Source: Verrucomicrobiota bacterium
GTDB lineage: Bacteria > Verrucomicrobiota > Verrucomicrobiia > Limisphaerales > UBA11358
NCBI GenBank assembly: GCA_036803685.1
Contig: DAIRTX010000001.1
Location: 6,766 to 70,765, forward strand
Direction: 5' to 3'
DNA: 64,000 nucleotides
Every line of letters begins with the position of its first letter. Position 1 is the stretch's first letter. A model generated the notes under the pieces. That model was not told the origin of the DNA. It made no database searches and saw nothing but the letters and a program-made list of their open reading frames with translations. This document shows positions 1 to 9,503 of this stretch, piece after piece. The position numbers and the translations under genes were made by a program.

Positions 1-2
1 CG

Positions 3-122
3 CCGTCTTCGGACAATCATCAACCATCCCCTTCCGCCCCCCCGAAAAACAAAGTGCCCGTTTCGGACGAACCGCAGTCCGGCGGATTGAACAATCCGTT
101 CGCCAAACTGGAAGTGAAGTGA
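3..122 (+). CDS. 3' end of a gene entering from outside the window (last 39 codons, ...NPFAKLEVK*)
   Basis: Frame open from the window edge to TGA at 120-122. A hairpin and T-rich tract follow 9 nt later. No recognisable domain. Confidence 0.3.
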   Translation, partial: PSSDNHQPSPSAPPKNKVPVSDEPQSGGLNNPFAKLEVK

Positions 123-130
123 TTTTGCGG

Positions 131-184
131 CACAGGCTTCCAGCCTGTGATTTGGTTTAATTTCCCACAGGCTGGAAGCCTGTA
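131..184. repeat. Two inverted copies of a 19-nt palindromic unit (cacaggcttccagcctgtg / cacaggctggaagcctgta). The first probably terminates the upstream + gene.
   Basis: 131-149 forms a 7-bp stem (cacaggc/gcctgtg) with a 5-nt loop, followed by atttggtttaattt. 166-184 is its reverse-complement variant and lies inside the last codons of the convergent DUF2851 gene. Confidence 0.6.
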
Positions 185-1614
185 CCACTATTCCAACCGC
201 GCACCAGTTCCGGGAACCGGCAATGTTCGCAGATCGCATTCGAGTGTTCGCAAAAGTCGCGCGTGATTTGAATCAAACCCTGTTGCGCTGAAGCGCTCCG
301 CAACACGCGGCTTCGCCCAACACCCAACAAACGCTGACGCGCCAATTTCAAAATGGAATTGTCTTCCGCCTGCGGCCAGGCGGCGTAGCGGTGTTCAATG
401 ACCCGCTGGAGCCTTCCATTTTTACCTTCGGCGGCGCGCGTCCAAAGCCACGGCAGAATCACGTTCACCGCCAAATCCGTCACCCGCGCATCACCCAACA
501 GCGGTTGCGGCTTTTTCAGCCGCGCCGAGCGGAACGTCCAGTGCCACGACCAAAATTCGTCGCGTTCCACTTCAAAAATTTCCCGCAGCGAACCGGGCAA
601 CATTTTGTCCGGCAATTCCCGGGCGCACCAGTTTTCGAGTTTTTGAATCAAATGGTCCGCCGCCAGCCAATGCGCCGCCAGCGCGAGCCGGCGTTGGGGA
701 TGATTTGCCGGACGCAATCCGTGAAATTTCCAGACGGCGCGCGGCAGAATGCAATCGCTGAACGCATCGCGTTCCCGCCACCAGCAATCCCAGACGCGAC
801 GCAGATAACCCTCGCTGCCCGCCTGCGCCCGGGTCAGTTCCGCCGGCAGCAAACCGCTGATGCCGAGCAGCCGGGCTTGAAGTGCGAAAGCCGGGTCCGC
901 GCCGGGCGTCCAGCGCAAACGTGATTCGGCAAGATTTTGCATCGGCCAGATGTTGTGTTTATAGCCGAGCGCGCGGAACAAGCCTTCCCACAGCGCCTGC
1001 TCCCAGCCGGCGTGCCGGGCGCGGGCGCGAAATTGTCCGGCTTTGGCTTGAAAACGAACGCGTGCGGCAGAGTCCAAAATTTTGCTTTGTCGCGTTTCAT
1101 CCAATTCGCGCAACACCACGCAACATTGGCCGCGCAAATTTTCGGGCAGGACGCGCGGTGATTCGTTTTCCAGCCACAAGCCGAGTTCGCCCAACGGCGC
1201 GTCCAGCGAATGGCTCAACGGCAAAACTGGAGGCGCATTTGGCATTGGCCGCGCGTCGTCCCAAACGACGTGAAGCAGGACGTTTTTAAAATTCGGGTTG
1301 CGGTCGTGACCGTGGGCGCGCCAGCCGCCGGCGCGCAGGTCAATCTCCACGTCACCGGAACGCGGCGCGGCGTCGCCGATTTGAATGACCGCGCCGCGAA
1401 AATCCGGCCCGCCTTCGACACTCACAAAACCGGGATGCAAAATGCGAACGGCCTGTCCATCAGCGGTCCGGAGCTGGTCGCGGCGGAGGCGTTGATGGCG
1501 CCAGATGGCCTGCAGGAGGCGTTCGGGCGGCGCCTCCTTTTCGTCGCGCAGGACGTTCCCCGGTCCATCCGGCATTCGCCAGCGGGCGTAAAAATTTTCA
1601 GGCGGCGGAGACAC
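157..1614 (-). CDS. DUF2851 family protein
   Basis: 485-aa ORF. The N-terminal region (LLQAIWRHQRL...ILHPGF.N.GPDF...A.I.I......GDVEIH...S.W..HGH) matches my memory of DUF2851. Overlapping ORFs in other frames are low-complexity shadows. Confidence 0.7.
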   Translation of the reverse strand: MSPPPENFYARWRMPDGPGNVLRDEKEAPPERLLQAIWRHQRLRRDQLRTADGQAVRILHPGFVSVEGGPDFRGAVIQIGDAAPRSGDVEIDLRAGGWRAHGHDRNPNFKNVLLHVVWDDARPMPNAPPVLPLSHSLDAPLGELGLWLENESPRVLPENLRGQCCVVLRELDETRQSKILDSAARVRFQAKAGQFRARARHAGWEQALWEGLFRALGYKHNIWPMQNLAESRLRWTPGADPAFALQARLLGISGLLPAELTRAQAGSEGYLRRVWDCWWRERDAFSDCILPRAVWKFHGLRPANHPQRRLALAAHWLAADHLIQKLENWCARELPDKMLPGSLREIFEVERDEFWSWHWTFRSARLKKPQPLLGDARVTDLAVNVILPWLWTRAAEGKNGRLQRVIEHRYAAWPQAEDNSILKLARQRLLGVGRSRVLRSASAQQGLIQITRDFCEHSNAICEHCRFPELVRGWNSGTGFQPVGN

Positions 1615-1781
1615 TGCGGGTTGCTTTTGCGCCTGCGGTTGAGCAAAGTCAAGCCGGCACGCATAATTTTGAACGCATCCAACGGCGGTTTTGCGGGTTT
1701 ATAAAGCAAGGTTTTGTTTTGTGGCGGAATTTTTGTTGGCCGGAATCCCGAATTTCCTGCTAGACTCCACCCAACGTTTCG

Positions 1782-2747
1782 ATGAGCGACACTGCGATGA
1801 TTGAAGTGACAAATTTGACGAAACGCTACGCCGGACACACGGCGGTGGCGGGCATTTCGTTCACGGTCGCGCGCGGCGAAATTGTCGGTTTGCTCGGACC
1901 GAATGGCGCGGGCAAAAGCACGACGATGCGGATTCTTTCGTGTTTCATGCCGGCGACGTCCGGCACGGTGCGCGTCGCGGGTTTCGATGTCTTTCACCAG
2001 TCGGATGAAGTGCGCCGCCGCATCGGTTACATGCCGGAAAACAATCCGCTGTATCCCGAAATGCGCGTGCGGGAATACCTGAAATTCCGCGCGCGGCTCA
2101 AGGGCCTCAACTGGCGGCGTTCGCGCGAGCGCGTGACCACGGTGATGGAGCAATGCGGGTTGACGGAGGTGGGTCGCCGCATCATCGGCCAGCTTTCCAA
2201 GGGTTACAAGCAGCGGGTCGGTCTGGCGGACGCGCTGGTGCACGAGCCGGAATTGATCATTCTGGACGAACCGACCCTCGGCCTCGATCCGCATCAGATT
2301 CGCGCGGTGCGGCAATTGATCAAAAGTCTCGCGCAGAAGCACACGGTGCTGATTTCGACGCACATTTTGCCCGAGGCGGAAATGACGTGCAACCGGATGC
2401 TCATCATGTACGACGGCAAAATTCTGGCCGCCGACACGCCGGACAATTTGCAGCGGCTCATGGCGGGCAGCAGCCAGATCATCGCTGAAATCGCCGCGCC
2501 AGCGGACGAACTGCGCGAAGTCTGGTCGCAAATGCCGGGAATCGAACAATTCGACGTGTCGCCAAGCGAAGGTGAATTCCAACGCTGCGCGCTGACGCCG
2601 CGCGATGGATACGATCTGCGTCCGGCAATTTTCTCATTGGCGCAGGAACGTGGCTGGATAATGCGCGAATTGACGCGCAGCCGCCATTCGCTCGAAGATA
2701 TTTACGTGCAGGTGACCAAACCGGCCGAGGAGGAGGAAGGCGAATGA
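1782..2747 (+). CDS. ABC transporter ATP-binding protein (ABC-2 / GldA-like subfamily)
   Basis: Walker A GPNGAGKST, signature LSKGYKQRV, Walker B LIILDEPTLGLD, H-loop ISTHIL. Confidence 0.95.
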   Translation: MSDTAMIEVTNLTKRYAGHTAVAGISFTVARGEIVGLLGPNGAGKSTTMRILSCFMPATSGTVRVAGFDVFHQSDEVRRRIGYMPENNPLYPEMRVREYLKFRARLKGLNWRRSRERVTTVMEQCGLTEVGRRIIGQLSKGYKQRVGLADALVHEPELIILDEPTLGLDPHQIRAVRQLIKSLAQKHTVLISTHILPEAEMTCNRMLIMYDGKILAADTPDNLQRLMAGSSQIIAEIAAPADELREVWSQMPGIEQFDVSPSEGEFQRCALTPRDGYDLRPAIFSLAQERGWIMRELTRSRHSLEDIYVQVTKPAEEEEGE

Positions 2748-3496
2748 AAATTTTCTGGACACTCGCGCGCCGGGAGTTGGCCGCGTTTTTCTGTTCCATC
2801 ACGGGCTACGTAATCATCGCGGCCGTGACGCTTTTGATCGGGTTGAGTTTCGTGGTGCTGATGACAAATCTCGGCAGCGACCCGTCGCCGATGCCGGTGA
2901 CGGAAATGTTTTATCGGACTTACTTTTTCTGGCTGATTGTGCTGCTGGCGACGCCGGCACTCACGATGCGGTTGTTCGCGCTGGAAAAATTCTCGGGCAC
3001 TTTTGAAACGCTGATGACCACGCCGGTGAGCGATTTGCAGGTGGTCGCGGCGAAATTCGCCTCGGCGCTCGTGTTTTACATTGTGATGTGGCTGCCGATG
3101 CTCGCGTGTCTCTTCGTGGTGCGACATTTTACGAATCAGCCGGGCACGCTGGACGCGGGCATGATTGGCGGAATGTATCTGGGCGTGTTTTTGGTCGGCT
3201 GCCTGTTTTTGTCGCTGGGCTGTTTTGCGTCGTCGTTGACGCGCAGTCAGATGGCGGCGGCGATGATCAGCTTTGTCATTGGCGTGAGTTTGTTTTCGCT
3301 CGGGTTTCTGGCCGAAGCCATCCCCGTGCCCGCGCACTGGCAGTCACAGGTGCTGTCGTATTTCGGCCTGTTCGAGCAAATGCACAACTTTGCGCGCGGC
3401 ATGGTGGACACCCGCGCGGTGATTTTTTACGTCAGCCTGACGTTTTTCTTTTTGTTCCTGACCTTGCGCGTGGTGGAAAGCCGGCGCTGGAAATAA
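2744..3496 (+). CDS. ABC-2 type transporter permease (GldF-like)
   Basis: 250 aa with about six hydrophobic helices. ATGA overlap with the ATPase stop. Sits in the canonical position of the GldA/F/G-type module. Confidence 0.85.
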   Translation: MKIFWTLARRELAAFFCSITGYVIIAAVTLLIGLSFVVLMTNLGSDPSPMPVTEMFYRTYFFWLIVLLATPALTMRLFALEKFSGTFETLMTTPVSDLQVVAAKFASALVFYIVMWLPMLACLFVVRHFTNQPGTLDAGMIGGMYLGVFLVGCLFLSLGCFASSLTRSQMAAAMISFVIGVSLFSLGFLAEAIPVPAHWQSQVLSYFGLFEQMHNFARGMVDTRAVIFYVSLTFFFLFLTLRVVESRRWK

Positions 3497-3497
3497 A

Positions 3498-4973
3498 ATG
3501 CCGGCCGATTCCAAATCTCAACCCAGCTTTTCGCCCGGCCGCCGGTGGAAAATCGGCTTGGACGTCGTTGTGCGCACGGCGCTGGTGCTGGCCGTGGTGG
3601 TGATGGTGAATTACCTCAGCGCACACTTCTTTGGGCGGTTTTATCTGAGTTCGCAGACGCGCATCCAATTGGCCCCGCAAACACTGGACATTCTCAAGTC
3701 GCTGACCAATCACATAACCGTGACGCTTTATTACGACACCAAGGACGAGAATAATTTTTATCCGGACATCGTCGCGCTGCTGAACGAGTATCGCTCGGTG
3801 AACCCGCGCATTTCCGTTCGGACAGTGGATTATGTGCGTGACGCGGGCGAGGCCGAAAAAGTAAAGGAACAATACAAGCTGAATTCGCAGACTGACAAGA
3901 ACCTCGTCATCTTTGACTGCGACGGACGCATTAAAATCGCCCCCGGCGATGCGCTCACGCAATACACGCTGGAGCAGATACCGAACGAAAAGGAACGCGA
4001 GTTCCGGCGCAAGCCCGTCGCGTTTCACGGCGAGATAACGTTCACCTCGATGCTGCTCGCGCTGGAAAATCCCAAGCCGCTCACGGCGTATTTTTTGCAA
4101 GGCCACGGCGAACCTGCGCTCGACAACAGTGGTAATGCCGGCTATCTGAAATTCGGTTCCATCCTCGCCCAAAATTACATCGCGGCGATAAATCTCCAAT
4201 TGCTCGGCGACAGCGCCGTGCCGATGGATTGCAATTTGCTCATCATTGCCGCGCCCACCGGGCCGTTGTCCAAACTTGAATTGCAAAAGATTGACCAATA
4301 TCTCGCACAAGGTGGACGGCTGTTTGTGCTTTTCAATTACGCCTCCATCAGACAACCGACCGGACTCGAACCCATTTTGCAGCGCTGGGGTGTCAACGTC
4401 GTCGCCGATTTTGTAAAGGACTTGAAAAGCACGGTCACCGGTGACGATGTCGTCGTTCGCCGGTTCAGTCAGCATCCTGTCGTCAACCCGCTCACGCAGC
4501 TTTCGTTGCAGATGGTTCGGCCGCGGCCGGTCGGTCGCGTGGAATGGCAGAACCCGTCCGCCAACGCGCCGCAAGTTGATGAAATCGCAGCCTCCAGCCC
4601 GGATTCCGTGCTTGAGGGGGATCCCGCCGAACCAGCGCGCAGTTACCCGCTCATGGTCGCCGTTGAACAAAAATCCGTGGCCGGCGTCGCCAATCCGCGT
4701 GGCAACACCCGCATCATCGTCGTCGGCGACTCCGTTTTTCTCGGCAATTATTATATCCAGGGCGGCGCCAATGCCGATTTTGCCGGTTACGCCGTCAACT
4801 GGTTGCTTGACCGTACCACGTTGCTCAAAGGCATCGGGCCGCGACCCGTCACCGAATTCCGGCTGTTGATGACGCGAACCCAGCAACGCGAAGTCCGCTG
4901 GCTGCTGCTGGGCGCATTGCCCGGCGCGGTGCTGCTGTTCGGCTGCCTGGTCTGGCTGGCCCGGAGAAAATAA
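3498..4973 (+). CDS. GldG-family ABC transporter auxiliary protein
   Basis: 491 aa with N- and C-terminal TM anchors flanking a large periplasmic domain. Motifs (ITVTLYYD, YFLQGHGE, LLIIAAP, GGRLFVL) are typical of GldG/ABC_transp_aux. Starts 2 nt after the permease stop. Confidence 0.85.
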   Translation: MPADSKSQPSFSPGRRWKIGLDVVVRTALVLAVVVMVNYLSAHFFGRFYLSSQTRIQLAPQTLDILKSLTNHITVTLYYDTKDENNFYPDIVALLNEYRSVNPRISVRTVDYVRDAGEAEKVKEQYKLNSQTDKNLVIFDCDGRIKIAPGDALTQYTLEQIPNEKEREFRRKPVAFHGEITFTSMLLALENPKPLTAYFLQGHGEPALDNSGNAGYLKFGSILAQNYIAAINLQLLGDSAVPMDCNLLIIAAPTGPLSKLELQKIDQYLAQGGRLFVLFNYASIRQPTGLEPILQRWGVNVVADFVKDLKSTVTGDDVVVRRFSQHPVVNPLTQLSLQMVRPRPVGRVEWQNPSANAPQVDEIAASSPDSVLEGDPAEPARSYPLMVAVEQKSVAGVANPRGNTRIIVVGDSVFLGNYYIQGGANADFAGYAVNWLLDRTTLLKGIGPRPVTEFRLLMTRTQQREVRWLLLGALPGAVLLFGCLVWLARRK

Positions 4974-6769
4974 TGAATTCGAAAACCACCGGAATCTGGT
5001 TCACGATTGCCGCGGCGCTGTTCGCGCTGATTTTTATTTTTGAACATTTCCTGCGGCCAGCCGCCGCGGAGCCGTCCCGTATCCTGCCGGAATTGCGTCC
5101 GCCCGCCGTCACGAGCGTTCAAGTGAGTCCGTCCGGCGCGTTTGAAATTCGCGCCGACCGCACGAACGGCGCGTGGCTGCTGACCAAACCCATTGCCTAT
5201 CCCGCGCAGTCCGCCGCCATCGAAGCCCTGCTCGACGCGCTCCAAAAACTCACGCCCGCCACCCGCATCAGCGCCGCCGAACTCCGCAACCACCGCAATG
5301 CTGACGTGGAATTCGGTTTTGAAACGCCCCGCATTTCACTCGTCATCGAAACCGGCGGCCAGCGCCGGCAGCTTTTGGTCGGCAACAAAACCCCGCCCGA
5401 CGATCAGGTTTTTTTGCGCGTCGTCGGTGTGGACGGCGCCTTTGTCGCCGATGCCGACTGGCTCAAATTTATTCCACTTTCGGCCAACGACTGGCGCGAC
5501 ACCGCGCTGGTGAATGCGAACAACAGCGGCCTGGATTGGATTGTGTTGACCAACGGCACGAAAGTCATTGAACTTCGACGCGACGCGACGAACCATTTCT
5601 GGCGCATGATTCGTCCGTTTCCGGCGCGCGCCGACGCCGAGCGCATCACCGATGCGTTGCAGCACCTGCAAACCGCGCGCGTCACCCAATTCATCACCGA
5701 CGACCCGAAGGCGGATTTGGCCGCGTTCGGTTTGCAACCCGCCGATCTCGACCTGTGGCTCGGTCACGGCACAAATTTCATTTCCGCCATTCACGTCGGC
5801 AAAAGTCCGACGAATGATCCAACGCAAGTCTTTGCCAGACGCGAAAGGTGGAATGCCATTGTTACGACCGCCAAAGAGCCGTTGTCGCCGTGGCGCGGCT
5901 CGGTGAATGACTTCCGTGATTCGCATCTGCTGGAATTGACCGCGCCCGTCGCGGAAATTGAAGTGCAGGGGCAGGACAATTTCACGTTGCAACGGCAAGG
6001 CTTGAACGACTGGCAAATCGTCGGCGAAAAATTCCCCGCGGACGCCGAAAATGCGCAGCTATTCATCAAAACCCTCGCCGGATTGCGCGTCGCGGAATTC
6101 GTGAAGGACGTCGTGACCACGCCCGATTTGTCCGCTTACGGGCTGGCGACGCCGACGCGCCAAATCACTTTGCGTTCGGCGGCAGGCGATACGAACGGGG
6201 TCATTGTCCAATTGTCCTTCGGCACGAACCAAAACAATGAAGTCTTTGTCCGGCGCGCCGATGAGGATTTTGTTTATGCCGTGACGGCGGAAGATTTCAA
6301 CCGGCTGCCCGAAGCGGCCTGGGAATTTCGCGAGCGCAGAATTTGGAACTTCACCGAGGGCGACGTGGCGCAAATCACAATCCACCAAAACGGCAAGACG
6401 CGGCAAATGGTCCGCACCGGACCGAACAAATGGTCGCTCGCCGCCGGTTCGCAAGGCATCATCAACCCGCCGGCCATCGAGGAAACCGCGCACCGGTTCG
6501 GCGGGTTGACTGCCGCCGGCTGGGTGGGACGCAACGTGACCGAGCCGGAAAAATTCGGCTTGAACACGAACAATTTGCAGATCGTCATCGAACTCAAAAA
6601 CAGCACGAAATACACCGTGGATTTCGGCGCGGAACTCCCCGCCTCGCAAACCGCCCTGGCCGCCGTGACGCTGGACGGTGAGCGCTGGGCGTTCGTCTTT
6701 CCGCCGGTGCTTTACCAGTTCGTCTTGAGTTATCTCACCATTCCGGTCCCGCAAGGCGGGATTCCCTGA
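4973..6769 (+). CDS. DUF4340 domain protein (periplasmic, N-terminal TM anchor)
   Basis: 598 aa. TAATG overlap with the GldG-like gene. Single N-terminal helix followed by repeated beta-rich modules, as in the DUF4340 proteins that usually follow GldG genes. Confidence 0.7.
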   Translation: MNSKTTGIWFTIAAALFALIFIFEHFLRPAAAEPSRILPELRPPAVTSVQVSPSGAFEIRADRTNGAWLLTKPIAYPAQSAAIEALLDALQKLTPATRISAAELRNHRNADVEFGFETPRISLVIETGGQRRQLLVGNKTPPDDQVFLRVVGVDGAFVADADWLKFIPLSANDWRDTALVNANNSGLDWIVLTNGTKVIELRRDATNHFWRMIRPFPARADAERITDALQHLQTARVTQFITDDPKADLAAFGLQPADLDLWLGHGTNFISAIHVGKSPTNDPTQVFARRERWNAIVTTAKEPLSPWRGSVNDFRDSHLLELTAPVAEIEVQGQDNFTLQRQGLNDWQIVGEKFPADAENAQLFIKTLAGLRVAEFVKDVVTTPDLSAYGLATPTRQITLRSAAGDTNGVIVQLSFGTNQNNEVFVRRADEDFVYAVTAEDFNRLPEAAWEFRERRIWNFTEGDVAQITIHQNGKTRQMVRTGPNKWSLAAGSQGIINPPAIEETAHRFGGLTAAGWVGRNVTEPEKFGLNTNNLQIVIELKNSTKYTVDFGAELPASQTALAAVTLDGERWAFVFPPVLYQFVLSYLTIPVPQGGIP

Positions 6770-6770
6770 C

Positions 6771-9461
6771 ATGCCTTCGCAACCCGGCTTCTGGCGGAAG
6801 TGCCGCGCAGGCTTTCGCTGGTTTCGCGTCACCGTTCTTTTCGCGGTGCTCGCGCTGGTTTGCGCCCTCGTCTGGTTCAACCGCATCGGCCTGCCGGATT
6901 TTTTGAAAAGGCGTCTGGTGGAAACATTGCAAACGCGCGGAATCGAATTGGAATTCACCCGGATGCGCCTGCATTTCGTCCACGGGCTGGTCATCGAAAA
7001 CGTCCGCATCGGCCACGCTGAACCGCCCGACAACCCGGTGCTTTCACTGGCCGAAATTCAACTGCAATTGAACTACCGCGCACTGTTGCGCCGGCAATGG
7101 CAGGTTGATGGACTCATTTTGCGTCAGGGTAAATTCGTCTGGCCGCTCACGCCAACCAATGTGTTCACGCTCGGCAACATTCAGACCGAATTGCGCTTCC
7201 AAACGAACAACACCTGGTCGCTCGACCATTTTCAAGCTGACTTCGCCGGCGCGAAACTCGCGTTGTCAGGCGACATCATCCACGCGCCGGAGATTCGCAA
7301 CTGGGACATTTTTCATGTCAAAAAATCCGCCGGCCGTGACGTTTGGCCGGCACAATTGCGGAAATTTTCCGACACGCTCGACCGGATACATTTCACGGGC
7401 ACGCCGCAATTGAGCCTGGTCGTGGACGGCGACGCGCGGGACATTCACTCGTTCGCCGTCCGGCTGAACCTGAACGCGACCTCGATTCAAACGCCCTGGG
7501 GCGGCGCGCGCGACATCCGGCTCACCGGCAACCTCACCGCGCCCGCCGGAACTCCAACCAATTTCGTCTCGTCGTGGGCGTGGTGGACAAACGCGCAGCC
7601 GTATCGGTTGACTTGGACGGCGAAATTCAGGGAATTGAAATCCGAAAAACTGAATGCGGACTTCGTGGAGTGCAACGGCCTCTGGCAGGCGCCCGAATTG
7701 GCCGTCACTAAATTGTCCGCCGGGCTGGGCGGTGGACAACTTGATGCCACTGCGCGGCTGAACCTTGCCACGCGCGAGCTCACCTTCACCAATTCCTCAT
7801 GTTTCAACGTTCATGCGATTGCCGCATTGCTGACGGAAAAAACGCGCGAACGGCTGGCGGATTTTTCGTGGACCCAACCGCCATCACTCCGAGCCCGCGG
7901 CTCGCTGATTCTGCCCGCGTGGATCCCGCTGATGCGGGACCAGCCGGATTGGCGCGACGAAGTGCAACCGACCATTCAATTAAATGGCGAACTGGCCATC
8001 ACCAATGGTGTGTTCAGTGGCGTTGCGATTGACTCGGCGCGCACGCATTTTTCCTACTCAAATCTCCTGTGGCAACTGCCCGATCTAGCGGTCGTGAAAT
8101 CAAAGAGCCGGCTCAAATTAAGCGGTGGCGAGGACGACGCGACAAAAGATTATCACTGGCACATCCGCGGCGTGTTGGATCCGGAAGTCGTCCGGCCGTT
8201 TTTGACGACGAGCAACGCGGTGCGCGGTTTTGAGATCGTGAAGTTCACCGAGCCGCTGGCGTTGGACGTGGAGGTAAGCGGGCGTTTGTATGATTACGAC
8301 CGCATCATGGCGAGCGGGCGCGTGGCGTTAACGAATTTTGCGGTGCGCGGCCAGGCGTTTGGCGACGTGGTGTCAGCGTTGAATTACACGAACCGGGTGC
8401 TGGAATTTGTCAATCCGCTGATGCACACCGGCGCGCAGATGATGACGGCGGACAAGGTGACTTTGGATTTCAACACGCGGCTGATCTGTTTCACGAACGG
8501 TTTCAGCACCGCCGACCCGGGACCCGTCACGCGCGCCATCGGGCCAAAAACGGCGCGGCAGGTGGACCCGTATCATTTTCTGCAACCGCCGACGGTGCGG
8601 GTGAACGGCCAGGTGCCGTTGCACGACATGAACGGCGGGCGCGACATGACGGACGTGGATTTGCAGTTTGATATCATCAACGGCGCGCCGTTTGAATGGA
8701 TGAAGTTCAAGACGACAAACATTGTCGGCACCATTCACTGGCGGGGACAGACGCTGATTTTGACCAATGTGGCGGCGGCGTTTTACGGCGGTGATGGAAA
8801 TGGTTTTGCGAATTTTGATTTTCGCGCGCCGCATGAAGGCGCGGATTATCAGTTTGTCGTGAGCGTGACGAATGTGAATCTACATTCGCTGGCGGCGGAT
8901 TTATCTTCGCCGACGAACCATCTCGAAGGCACATTGGCCGGACGACTCGTCGTGACGGACGCGGATTCAAGGGATTGGCGGACGTGGGATGGTTTCGGCC
9001 ACGCGAACCTGCACGACGGGTTGCTTTGGGACATTCCGATTTTCGGCATTTTGTCGCCGGTGTTGAACACGCTTTTGCCGGGTTTGGGCAACAGCCGCGC
9101 AACGGACGCTGCGACGAAATTTTCCATCACCAATGGCGTGATTTACACAGACTCATTGGAAACTCGCTCGACCATGATGCGGCTGGAATACACGGGCACG
9201 GTGGATTTGAAGCAAAACGTCCATGCGCGCGTCACCGCACAGTTGCTGCGCGACACCTGGGTGGTCGGCCCGCTGGTCAGCACGGTGCTTTGGCCGGTGA
9301 GCAAATTGTTTGAATACAAAATCACCGGCACGCTGAAAAATCCGAAGAGCGAACCGGTTTATGTCCCGAAATTCCTGCTGCTGCCGTTGCACCCGATTCG
9401 CACTTTGGAGGGAATGTTCCCCAGCGGCGAAACTGGAACGAACGCGCCGCCGGAGAATTGA
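6771..9461 (+). CDS. AsmA/TamB-like envelope protein
   Basis: 896 aa with one N-terminal TM helix (VTVLFAVLALVCALVWF), then a long beta-rich body. The AsmA-like N-terminus is (GIELEFTRMRLHFVHGLVIENVRIG). The C-terminus (TGTVDLKQNVHARV...YKITGTLKNPKSEPVY) is typical of AsmA_2/TamB ends. Starts 1 nt after the DUF4340 stop codon (TGA-C-ATG). Confidence 0.65.
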   Translation: MPSQPGFWRKCRAGFRWFRVTVLFAVLALVCALVWFNRIGLPDFLKRRLVETLQTRGIELEFTRMRLHFVHGLVIENVRIGHAEPPDNPVLSLAEIQLQLNYRALLRRQWQVDGLILRQGKFVWPLTPTNVFTLGNIQTELRFQTNNTWSLDHFQADFAGAKLALSGDIIHAPEIRNWDIFHVKKSAGRDVWPAQLRKFSDTLDRIHFTGTPQLSLVVDGDARDIHSFAVRLNLNATSIQTPWGGARDIRLTGNLTAPAGTPTNFVSSWAWWTNAQPYRLTWTAKFRELKSEKLNADFVECNGLWQAPELAVTKLSAGLGGGQLDATARLNLATRELTFTNSSCFNVHAIAALLTEKTRERLADFSWTQPPSLRARGSLILPAWIPLMRDQPDWRDEVQPTIQLNGELAITNGVFSGVAIDSARTHFSYSNLLWQLPDLAVVKSKSRLKLSGGEDDATKDYHWHIRGVLDPEVVRPFLTTSNAVRGFEIVKFTEPLALDVEVSGRLYDYDRIMASGRVALTNFAVRGQAFGDVVSALNYTNRVLEFVNPLMHTGAQMMTADKVTLDFNTRLICFTNGFSTADPGPVTRAIGPKTARQVDPYHFLQPPTVRVNGQVPLHDMNGGRDMTDVDLQFDIINGAPFEWMKFKTTNIVGTIHWRGQTLILTNVAAAFYGGDGNGFANFDFRAPHEGADYQFVVSVTNVNLHSLAADLSSPTNHLEGTLAGRLVVTDADSRDWRTWDGFGHANLHDGLLWDIPIFGILSPVLNTLLPGLGNSRATDAATKFSITNGVIYTDSLETRSTMMRLEYTGTVDLKQNVHARVTAQLLRDTWVVGPLVSTVLWPVSKLFEYKITGTLKNPKSEPVYVPKFLLLPLHPIRTLEGMFPSGETGTNAPPEN

Positions 9462-9503
9462 TACTGATTCCCGTTGGTAATCGGCACAGCCTTGCTGGCT
9501 GGG

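Noticed and set aside
1422-2582. 386-aa ORF antisense to the ABC ATPase gene. Similar long antisense ORFs occur at 3432-4886, 5336-6016, 15618-16664, 19635-20693, 23431-24495, 28544-29992, 40736-41794, 42767-44008, 48202-49143, 62249-62959 and 63242-63985.
   Set aside because: All lie opposite genes with unambiguous conserved motifs. Their translations are Arg/Ala/Gly/His-rich low-complexity strings with no recognisable domains. This is typical of stop-poor shadow frames in GC-rich DNA.
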